Below are positions 1 through 7,057 of a stretch of DNA of 59,449 nt, piece after piece; within the stretch, counting starts at the first letter, position 1, and each line of letters opens with the position of its first letter. Location of the stretch: NCBI GenBank assembly GCA_903854215.1, contig CAINVT010000058.1, forward strand, positions 1 through 59,449, read 5' to 3'. The DNA comes from an uncultured bacterium (GTDB taxonomy: Bacteria > Patescibacteriota > Minisyncoccia > Phycocordibacterales > UBA2100). The notes below the pieces were generated by a model that saw only the letters and a list, made by a program, of their open reading frames with translations, was not told where the DNA came from and did not search any database. The position numbers and the translations under genes were made by a program.

Positions 1-789
1 ATCCATTCGGATTTCCTGTAATCTGTACACTGTTTTCTGTAAACTGGCATCACACTGCGTGTGATGCACCCTCTTCAACTCCTTGTAGACATATGGTTTC
101 AGTTCTATTTCACTCCCCTCACCGGGGTTCTTTTCACCTTTCCCTCGCGGTACTAGTTCACTATCGATCTGAAGAAGTATGTAGCCTTACCGGTTAGTTC
201 CGGCAAATTCACTCAGGCTATTCGTGTCCTGAGTTACTCAAGAACTACAGCCATAGAGTTGCTTTGATTTCGAGTACGGGACTATTACCCTCTGGGGTCG
301 CACTTCCCAGTGCGTTCCTCTATCTAAGCAATTTTTGACTCTACCTATTACTAGCGCTGTAGCCTTATGACCCCCATCCCCTTAGACAGTTGCTAGTTGA
401 TAGTTGATAGTTTTTAGAAGATCAGCTCGTGCATTTCTGCATTTCGCTAACAACTAATAACTAACAACTTCTTTACTGGCCCCTATCTAAGTGGCTGAGT
501 TTGGGCTGATCCCGTTTCGCTCGCCGCTACTAAGGGAATAACTATTGTTCTCTTTTCCTCCTGGTACTGAGATGTTTCACTTCCCAGGGTAAGCTCCTCT
601 CTGCGTTTAAGAGAGAGGTCATGGAAGTTCGTTCCATGGGGTTTCCCCATTCAGAAATCTCCGGATCAAAGGTTGCTAAGCACCTCCCCGAAGCATATCG
701 CCGCTATGCCGCGTCTTTCATCGCCTTCTTCAGTCAAGGCATCCACCATACGCCCTTATTCAGAACTCCCGCTAGGAATTCTGAGAACC
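1..789 (-). rRNA. rrl: 23S rRNA, 5' portion (runs off the left edge; 5' end uncertain, between about 769 and 789)
   Basis: Reverse complements of conserved 23S blocks: CAAGGCATCCACC (735-747), GGTACTGAGATGTTTCACTTCCC (~562-584), CCCGTTTCGCTCGCCGCTACT (~511-531), TTTCACCTTTCCCTCGCGGTACTAGTTCACTATCG (~132-166). Confidence 0.97.
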
Positions 790-1186
790 GCGTACCCTAA
801 TCCATGTCTAAACAGATTAGGTTATTTTGAATCATCGTATCAATTCATTCCGACACCGCTGTCTTCGTGAATGAGGGACGACGATTTGTTATTTGTTTTA
901 GATTATCCAGTACCACGTTCAGATCTCGAAAATGTGAAGTGGGGGCGATCGGAGGACGAACCTCGGCCGACCGCCCCACACCCCCCGCCTCGTGAACGAA
1001 GATATCGCGAGGCTAAGAGAAAAAGAGCTGAACGTGGTACTGGATGTGCCCCGCGCAATTTTCTTTGCACGAGGTTCCTTTTTCTCATCCGGTAGACGAT
1101 ACCGAGATAAGAAGTTTTGATTCTTGCTTTGCCGCGCCAAAGTCGCTTACGCGACGACGGCGGGTAAAGTTTTTTGTTTGTGTCGT

Positions 1187-1206
1187 TATTCAGTTTTCAA
1201 CGAGCA
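1187..1206 (-). promoter_or_regulatory. boxA-like antitermination element in the rRNA leader
   Basis: Minus strand reads TGCTCGTTGAAAACTGAATA, resembling the rrn boxA motif, about 100 nt after the promoter. Confidence 0.6.
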
Positions 1207-1312
1207 TGTATATGGTACGAAAAAAGCCGCTGAGGAGCGGCCAGGGTTATCAGCTCGAGAGCCGGCTAACCTTGCCACTTCGCGCTAAATTCATTACTCA
1301 TATACGCTCGCG

Positions 1313-1341
1313 AGTATAGACGACTCTATTACTCGTGTCAA
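1313..1341 (-). promoter_or_regulatory. sigma70 promoter for the 23S transcript
   Basis: TTGACA-17 nt-TATACT on the minus strand, near-perfect consensus, pointing at the 23S gene. Confidence 0.85.
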
Positions 1342-1358
1342 ATCGAGGTCGAGGGCAA

Positions 1359-1408
1359 AAATACAAAGGTCGGAGCTTAGGGTATTCCACGCTCCGACCT
1401 TTGTATTT
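1359..1408. repeat. REPIN-like inverted doublet, copy 1
   Basis: Perfect 18-bp arms AAATACAAAGGTCGGAGC / GCTCCGACCTTTGTATTT; arms and spacer resemble the element at 2774-2815 in opposite orientation. Confidence 0.75.
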
Positions 1409-1481
1409 CAGGCGTATTACGACACAAAATTTCTAAAGAAAACGACCTCTTTTTCTCCCGCCAAATGCCGATGTAAAAGTT

Positions 1482-1510
1482 TGCACCCCGCGGATTTTCC
1501 GCGGGGCGCA
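1482..1510 (-). terminator. hairpin terminator after the NUDIX gene
   Basis: GC-rich stem CCCCGCGG / CCGCGGGG just past the stop codon. Confidence 0.6.
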
Positions 1511-1520
1511 CTCTATTTTT

Positions 1521-1958
1521 TCAGAGCATACTTCGCTTCCGAAGTAACCGTGTCAAAACGTGACGTTCATGCGGTGGCAACGATGGCAACGCCAGCGCTG
1601 CTTCTACGGTGAACCATGCCTTTCCTTGTCCTTCACGCAGCTGCAATCGCTGCCACGGTTCCCAGTGCACGATGAACGTATGGTCGAGCACGCGCATAAC
1701 TGCTCGCCCGCGCTTCTTGAAATGCCACGCTACATCGAATAATCGATGTTCGGGCAAAAGACCATAGCCGAGTTCTTCTCTCCATTCACGACAAAGAGCT
1801 TGAAACGGAGACTCGCCCCGTTCGACACCGCCACCAAAGAATGCCCCGCAACCGGGATAGACATGTGCCCGCCTGCATCGTAAATGAAGAAGCACCCGAC
1901 CATCTCTTCTCAGCAGCATGGCACATGCCCCGCGCTTGTGATGTGTTATGTGCCGCAT
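1521..1958 (-). CDS. NUDIX hydrolase
   Basis: Nudix box GGGVERGESPFQALCREWREELG; SD GGAAGGAGG and TTGACC-17-CACTAT upstream. Confidence 0.85.
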   Translation of the reverse strand: MRHITHHKRGACAMLLRRDGRVLLHLRCRRAHVYPGCGAFFGGGVERGESPFQALCREWREELGYGLLPEHRLFDVAWHFKKRGRAVMRVLDHTFIVHWEPWQRLQLREGQGKAWFTVEAALALPSLPPHERHVLTRLLRKRSML

Positions 1959-2006
1959 TGGGCGCCTCCTTCCCCCTGAGGATAGTGCAGAAAAAATCGT
2001 GCGTGG

Positions 2007-2690
2007 TCAAACTTGTTTTAAAATTACTTCTGCTCGCACGAGATCCTCGGGATCCGTGATGACAATCCAATAGGATGCTTCAATAAGATGCAGCGGTTGT
2101 TTTGATGCAAGGATGGTTTGTGGCAGTCCATACTCATCGCTACCGGGTACTTTCGGGATCATCGGATAATCAAAGATTTTCGTATCAAGGAGGAATGCTC
2201 CGGTACTCAAAAAACCCGACCCACCATCATGATGCGATGCTTCGATAATATCTTTCACTAAACGATTCTCACCGAAGACAACTTTCGCCGCACTGGTAAG
2301 ATCATCACGTTGAAGACCAAGCACCGTCCACTCAGTCGACTGTGCGAGTACCCGTATATCTTGTGGCGCATAAATGTCGTCACCGTTGAGAACGAGGAAG
2401 CGATCTGTGAGTAAATCTTTCGCACGAGCGAGGGCGCCCATGGTGCCATCGAGAATATCCTGCTCGACATAGCACATATGTTTGCCATTATAGTTTTCGC
2501 CGAATCGCTCTCGTATCTTATTAGCAAGATAGCCGACAATGAGAATGATCTCATCGACTTCTTCGGGCAATGCATCGAACTTATGTTCAAGAAGCGATTT
2601 CCCCGCCACTTCGAGCATCGGCTTCGGAGTCTCATCCGTCAAAGGCTTCATGCGCGTGCCGCGACCGGCGGCAAGAATGACTGCTTGCAT
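2007..2690 (-). CDS. sugar-phosphate nucleotidyltransferase (NTP_transferase family)
   Basis: ILAAGRGTRMKPLT..PKPML motif; start moved to MQAVIL, 6 nt after TATAAT. Confidence 0.9.
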   Translation of the reverse strand: MQAVILAAGRGTRMKPLTDETPKPMLEVAGKSLLEHKFDALPEEVDEIILIVGYLANKIRERFGENYNGKHMCYVEQDILDGTMGALARAKDLLTDRFLVLNGDDIYAPQDIRVLAQSTEWTVLGLQRDDLTSAAKVVFGENRLVKDIIEASHHDGGSGFLSTGAFLLDTKIFDYPMIPKVPGSDEYGLPQTILASKQPLHLIEASYWIVITDPEDLVRAEVILKQV

Positions 2691-2728
2691 GCGGGCATTA
2701 TACAACAAAAAGCGGATCCAAAAAAGAA

Positions 2729-2815
2729 CAAGGGTCGGACCTTGGTAGCAACCCAAGGTCTAAGTAATTTAGAACATAGGTCAGAACTTGGATACCCTTA
2801 AGCTCTGACCTATGT
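2729..2815. repeat. REP palindromes and REPIN-like doublet, copy 2
   Basis: AGGGTCGGACCTTGG, GACCTTGG..CCAAGGTC hairpin, and ACATAGGTCAGAACTT..AAGCTCTGACCTATGT doublet. Confidence 0.7.
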
Positions 2816-2824
2816 ACAACTCAC

Positions 2825-3517
2825 TTATTTCTGATCGTGTGACATCTCGCTGCGGATGTGTTCGATGGCACGTGCAGCCGCATCCTTGCCGCCGAGACCG
2901 AACGCAAGGCCGAATGCAATCGAGAGTGCGATCACGACTCCGGTAAAAAGCGTATTGATGAAGTCGGTGCCGATGCCGAGCTGCGTCATAACCGTCATAA
3001 TCGCGAAGATCCAGATCGCCCACTTGGCAACGGTGCCGGCGAAGTTACCGTGACGCGATCCCGCTGCACGCGCAGATCCTGCGATGAGTTTCTTCACGAC
3101 TTCCGCGACGACCGCGGCGAGAATAAGTATCAAGGCAGCAATGATCACGTGCGGCAAGTAGAGAAGGACAACTTGTTCGAGAACGATGGTCACCATGGTG
3201 AGCCCAAGTATGCTCAACGATGCGCCGAGGAATCCGAGGATCACGAACCACATGACCAGCGTTCCGAGGAAACGTCCGGTATTGAGTTTGAAACCGAGAT
3301 CTTTTGCTACCTCATCGAGACCGGCAGATTTCATCACGTCGTCGATGTGTAAGACTTTTACGACTTCGATGATGATGCGGTACAAAATGACACCGACGAT
3401 CCATCCTACGATAAGAACGATGACCGCCGCGATGATCATCGGCACATATTGAAGGACAACGAACCAGAGATCACCGAAGGATCCCTGTACTGCACCGGCG
3501 GATTGCGAGACTATCAT
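2825..3517 (-). CDS. TM-helix repeat membrane protein (small-conductance mechanosensitive channel TM / CmpX-like)
   Basis: Repeated YVPMIIAA / YLPHVIIAA helices and C-terminal AFGLAFGLGGKD motif. Confidence 0.85.
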   Translation of the reverse strand: MIVSQSAGAVQGSFGDLWFVVLQYVPMIIAAVIVLIVGWIVGVILYRIIIEVVKVLHIDDVMKSAGLDEVAKDLGFKLNTGRFLGTLVMWFVILGFLGASLSILGLTMVTIVLEQVVLLYLPHVIIAALILILAAVVAEVVKKLIAGSARAAGSRHGNFAGTVAKWAIWIFAIMTVMTQLGIGTDFINTLFTGVVIALSIAFGLAFGLGGKDAAARAIEHIRSEMSHDQK

Positions 3518-3645
3518 AAATATAAATGAGTAATTAATTTTGAATAATGAAAGATTTGCGACCTCTTATATACTCAAAATGATAGCATCCTATTGCACGA
3601 CTTTTCGACGCTCATTTCCCTCCTGTGGATAGGTTGATAGATTCA

Positions 3646-4281
3646 CTAGAGCAAGCGTGTCTTGTCTAAGAGTACGAGATGCGGGAAATCGAGCGTATCG
3701 CGAATGAGACGATCTTGCACCGTCAGCCGGTAGCGAAATTCAGGCGTCGTGAATGCGGCGTAGCGGATCTCACGTCCGAAACTTTGTTCAAGTCCTTTGA
3801 GCGCCGTCTCGAGACGTTGCTTACTGAGACCGTCTGCCGCAAGCAAAAGATCGGCAGGGCGTGTCGGGTCGCCCATGAAATTGCCCGAGAGCACGACGAC
3901 GCCGAGTCGGCCGATATGCTTCAGTGCGGTCGTGATCGTATCGTATCGTGCGGGCGATACCTCATGCACAAAAGTAGATAACGCACGAAAATGTTCGAAG
4001 TCGGTATTCACTGTCCATACCGGCTCGGTCTTCTTTGTAGAATTTTTCTTCACCAGCTTTCCGTTCTGTAAGACGGGCATCGGCAATTCCTTACCTCTCG
4101 TGATGGCCGCTATGTGTTCAAGTTCTCGTAGTGCGCGACTTGCAATGCGCGGTGTAATGCCGGCCCGCTTGGCAGCAAGTACAAGGGTGAATGATTCGGC
4201 ATCATTGAATATAAAGATACGCAGCAGACGTGCGCGCGCCGTATCGCCGATAAGTTCCGCCAAAAAATCCTTGCTTTTCAT
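3646..4281 (-). CDS. conserved protein, N-terminal HTH-like plus degenerate nucleotidyltransferase-like domain
   Basis: 211-aa ORF; LSGNF..ADLLL and GREIRY..EF.YR resemble a minimal NTase fold; -10 TACTAT 6 nt upstream. Confidence 0.65.
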   Translation of the reverse strand: MKSKDFLAELIGDTARARLLRIFIFNDAESFTLVLAAKRAGITPRIASRALRELEHIAAITRGKELPMPVLQNGKLVKKNSTKKTEPVWTVNTDFEHFRALSTFVHEVSPARYDTITTALKHIGRLGVVVLSGNFMGDPTRPADLLLAADGLSKQRLETALKGLEQSFGREIRYAAFTTPEFRYRLTVQDRLIRDTLDFPHLVLLDKTRLL

Positions 4282-4308
4282 ATGCCGATAGTATCACGTG
4301 TCAGCCGC

Positions 4309-4356
4309 CAAAAGAAACCGGCCCCGACACAGGTGTGCCGAGGCCGGTTTCTTTTG
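4309..4356 (-). terminator. terminator of rplJL
   Basis: Long stem CAAAAGAAACCGGCC..GGCCGGTTTCTTTTG. Confidence 0.75.
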
Positions 4357-4367
4357 TTGCCCACAAA

Positions 4368-4676
4368 GTTCAGCGTTCGATAGTAAGTTGGATTACTTCA
4401 ACGTTACCTTCGTCGAAATCTGCTGATTTCGACATGATTCCCACATATGGGAATCACCACCCGGAAAAGTTACTTAAGAGTAACTTTTCCTCCAGGCCGG
4501 ACGCTACTGCGTCCGGCACGTTACTGAGCGTCGGGCCTTTGACGGCATCACGTTCAGCAAATGATTGTTGGATTATTTCAACGTTACCTTGGTCAAAAAG
4601 CTGCTGCTTTTTGACACTTCTCGGGCCAAGCCCTCGTCGCCACGGAAAAGTTACTTAAGAGTAACTTTTCCTCCAG
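4368..4676 (-). repeat. diverged 181-bp tandem unit containing copies of the rplL 3' end
   Basis: 34 bp identical at 4462-4495 and 4643-4676; GTTGGATTAYTTCAACGTTACCTT at 4387-4410 and 4567-4590. Confidence 0.9.
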
Positions 4677-5070
4677 CCTCTTCGATCTTCTTCTTCCATG
4701 CTTCTGCGTCTTCCTTCTTGACTGCAGGCTTGAGCATGGCAGGAGCAGATTCGACGAGTGTCTTCGCTTCGGCAAGTCCGAGCGCGAGCAACTCCTTCAC
4801 CGCTTTGATAACGGCGATCTTCTGTTCGCCGATCGCAGTAAGTTCAACATCGAACTCTGATTTCTCATCAGCGACAGCACCTGCTGCAGCCGGACCGGCA
4901 ACAGCGACAGCTGCGGCCGAGACACCCCACTTTTTCTCAAGTAACTTCACGAGCTCATTCGCTTCGAGGATCGTGAGCTTCTCCATTGCTTCGACAAGAG
5001 TCTTGAAGTGTGAAGGGACGACAACGTCCGCCTCCGCTCCTTCGACTTTCACTTCAGTATCTTCAGTCAT
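4651..5070 (-). CDS. rplL: 50S ribosomal protein bL12 (L7/L12)
   Basis: [27 protein letters not shown] and C-terminal [10 protein letters not shown]; ATG start at MTEDTE. Confidence 0.97.
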   Translation of the reverse strand: MTEDTEVKVEGAEADVVVPSHFKTLVEAMEKLTILEANELVKLLEKKWGVSAAAVAVAGPAAAGAVADEKSEFDVELTAIGEQKIAVIKAVKELLALGLAEAKTLVESAPAMLKPAVKKEDAEAWKKKIEEAGGKVTLK

Positions 5071-5097
5071 AATTTTCAATTTTTAATTTTATAATTT

Positions 5098-5601
5098 TTA
5101 TGCACTCATTTTCTGCGCGCGTTGGTCGATGACCATCGCGAGACGCGTGAGCGGCGAGTTGATGAGGTTCACCAACTTGCCACGCAAGACATCCAAGGAC
5201 GGGATCGTGGCGATCTCTTGCATCGCTGCGGCATCGACGAACTTGCCGTCAAAAATACCGCCGAGGATGACAAGCTTCTCCGGACCCCATTCTTTGCCGA
5301 AGCTATGAATGCGATTGGCCGGCAATGTGGAATCGGTACTTGTCGTGTTGTACGCGACAGCGACTTCACCATCCATCGGCACATTCTGATGGTCGTGACC
5401 GAGGTTATCGAGTGCACGCCGGATCAACGTCTTCTTCGCAACCGTGTAACCCAAGCCGTCAGCGCGGAATGCACGGCGCATCTTTGATTCCTGCGCGACG
5501 GTGACGCCTTTGAAGTGGACGAAGACCGAGGATGCAGCGCTTTTGATAGCGCCCTCGACCTGGTCGATTATTTCCTTCTTCTGGTCTCTTGTTTTTGCCA
5601 T
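5098..5601 (-). CDS. rplJ: 50S ribosomal protein uL10
   Basis: MAKTRDQK.., VAKKTL, IATIPSLDVLRGKLVNLINSP; directly upstream of rplL. Confidence 0.95.
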   Translation of the reverse strand: MAKTRDQKKEIIDQVEGAIKSAASSVFVHFKGVTVAQESKMRRAFRADGLGYTVAKKTLIRRALDNLGHDHQNVPMDGEVAVAYNTTSTDSTLPANRIHSFGKEWGPEKLVILGGIFDGKFVDAAAMQEIATIPSLDVLRGKLVNLINSPLTRLAMVIDQRAQKMSA

Positions 5602-5892
5602 GTATGTTCTAGATGTTATGGCACTAATAATGTGTACCCGCGTAAAGGACGTAAAATTGCTACGCAATCACGTCCCTCGCGGTTGTGAAAATTGTAGTCG
5701 CTTTCGCTTCTCAATTTTCTACAAGGCTTCGAGAGTTCTAAGGCTTAACCTTGGAACGTTCGACCTCAAGCAAGCTTCGTCCTTCCGTAGCCGCGTCAGA
5801 CGCGGCGGAGAAGGAGCTGAAATGAAACCTTCCAGTACTCGCTTTCTCTGGCCTTATGCGATGCATAGTACATTGTTTCGACACAACGTCAA
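5602..5892 (-). promoter_or_regulatory. rplJL promoter and ~250-nt structured leader (candidate L10 autoregulatory leader)
   Basis: TTGACG-16-TACTAT at 5865-5892; several hairpins between promoter and ATG. Function inferred from position only. Confidence 0.5.
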
Positions 5893-5959
5893 TTTGATTT
5901 TCACCAACAATGTGTTACTATATATCTCAGGTGCGTCCATGCACTTCGGAGGAAGGACG

Positions 5960-6343
5960 TTGACATCTGTTCAAATAATCAGTCCCGAGGAGATGGCAAC
6001 TCTCCTTGAGGAAATCAGTCTACGGGGCCGTGTGGCCAATATTGTTCTTCGCGATGATCGCCCTGATGCGCGAAGTGTGGCCATGCAGTTGCGAGCAAAA
6101 GTCAATTTGACTGATAGAGGCGAGAATCGCGTATCAAAAATCGGCGGGGGACGCATAACGCCCAACAGGGCAAAGGTTCTCTTGTTTGAGATACTCCTCC
6201 TCAACATCTATGCCCATGACCCCGGCGTATACACAGAGTTCGTCGCATGTATGCGTGACGGTCGATTGATGGAAAATCAGGTCCAGGCCAGATATATAAG
6301 AGAAATTGCCAAGCGGCACGGCCTTGTGGTTCCGAGTTTCTGA
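5960..6343 (+). CDS. hypothetical protein (127 aa)
   Basis: SD GGAGGAAGGA before a TTG start, promoter TTGATT-16-TACTAT, terminator hairpin at 6366-6398. Confidence 0.65.
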   Translation: MTSVQIISPEEMATLLEEISLRGRVANIVLRDDRPDARSVAMQLRAKVNLTDRGENRVSKIGGGRITPNRAKVLLFEILLLNIYAHDPGVYTEFVACMRDGRLMENQVQARYIREIAKRHGLVVPSF

Positions 6344-6409
6344 CCGTTAAGTTGCCGATCCGAAAAAGCGTCGGGAATCCTTCGGGATCCCGGCGCTTAT
6401 ATTTTTATA

Positions 6410-6568
6410 TTATTTGAGCATGAGTGCGAACGCGGCTGAGGCCGCTTGTTGTACATCTTGTGTCTTCGTATAACTACTCACCGCAAGTGTAAGACTGAAA
6501 CTCAACACGAGGAACGTGACAAACCCGAAGGTGAATTTGAGAAACGATCCCGTCGGCGACTGTTGCAT
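6410..6568 (-). CDS. small single-pass membrane protein (52 aa, below the ORF-track cutoff)
   Basis: Hand translation MQQSPTGSFLKFTFGFVTFLVLSFSLTLAVSSYTKTQDVQQAASAAFALMLK; TACAAT 6 nt before ATG. Confidence 0.7.
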   Translation of the reverse strand: MQQSPTGSFLKFTFGFVTFLVLSFSLTLAVSSYTKTQDVQQAASAAFALMLK

Positions 6569-6616
6569 CACACTATTGTATACCGTCTAAACAATCAGAA
6601 AAGCGTTTTATCCATT

Positions 6617-7057
6617 CTATCCGACGCGAGTTGGTTTTGTCTTTGCATTCCGTGATAACCACCAGTATTTCCAGGCGATGACGATGACGCTTATAATGAC
6701 AAAAACTTTTTGCATCAAGTCGGTCATTTCGGTTCGGTCGGGGGTGAGGAATGCAGGCATTACCGGAGAAGTAACAATAAGCAATAACGCTACTACTGCG
6801 ACCAATCCGGTAACTTTCCACCAAGTGGCAAAAACTTCTTTACGAACAAATATTAAGACGAAGAAAAGTAGTGGCAACCAACGGATACTCCAGTAAAGAG
6901 GCTTTCCAATCCCAAAGTCAATTGACTCACTCAAACAATTTGCATTCAAGTTTTTTGGACACAAACCAATTAGGTCAGGATGAAGGAGAAAATACCCGAG
7001 CGGTATTGCCGCCAGAGATACTGCACAGAGCATGATTGAAATGACTCGATGACTCAT
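6617..7057 (-). CDS. four-helix membrane protein
   Basis: Four hydrophobic segments; ATGA overlap with the stop of the upstream hydrolase. Confidence 0.75.
   Translation of the reverse strand: MSHRVISIMLCAVSLAAIPLGYFLLHPDLIGLCPKNLNANCLSESIDFGIGKPLYWSIRWLPLLFFVLIFVRKEVFATWWKVTGLVAVVALLLIVTSPVMPAFLTPDRTEMTDLMQKVFVIISVIVIAWKYWWLSRNAKTKPTRVG

Noticed and set aside
900-1050. tRNA hidden in the 23S leader
   Set aside because: Multi-hairpin, but no T-loop or D-loop consensus and the closing stem is 18 bp.
673-1319. Short ORFs over the 23S 5' end and leader
   Set aside because: They overlap rRNA or its structured leader and show no protein motifs or start signals.
4368-4676. CRISPR array or simple assembly duplication
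   Set aside because: Only two units, the repeat is the rplL coding end, no cas genes, and the units differ in paired stems, so it is not an exact duplicate. A strain chimera is not fully excluded.
5501-5959. N-terminal half of the 280-aa ORF 5501-6343
   Set aside because: Overlaps rplJ and its leader on the other strand; promoter and SD point to a start at 5960.
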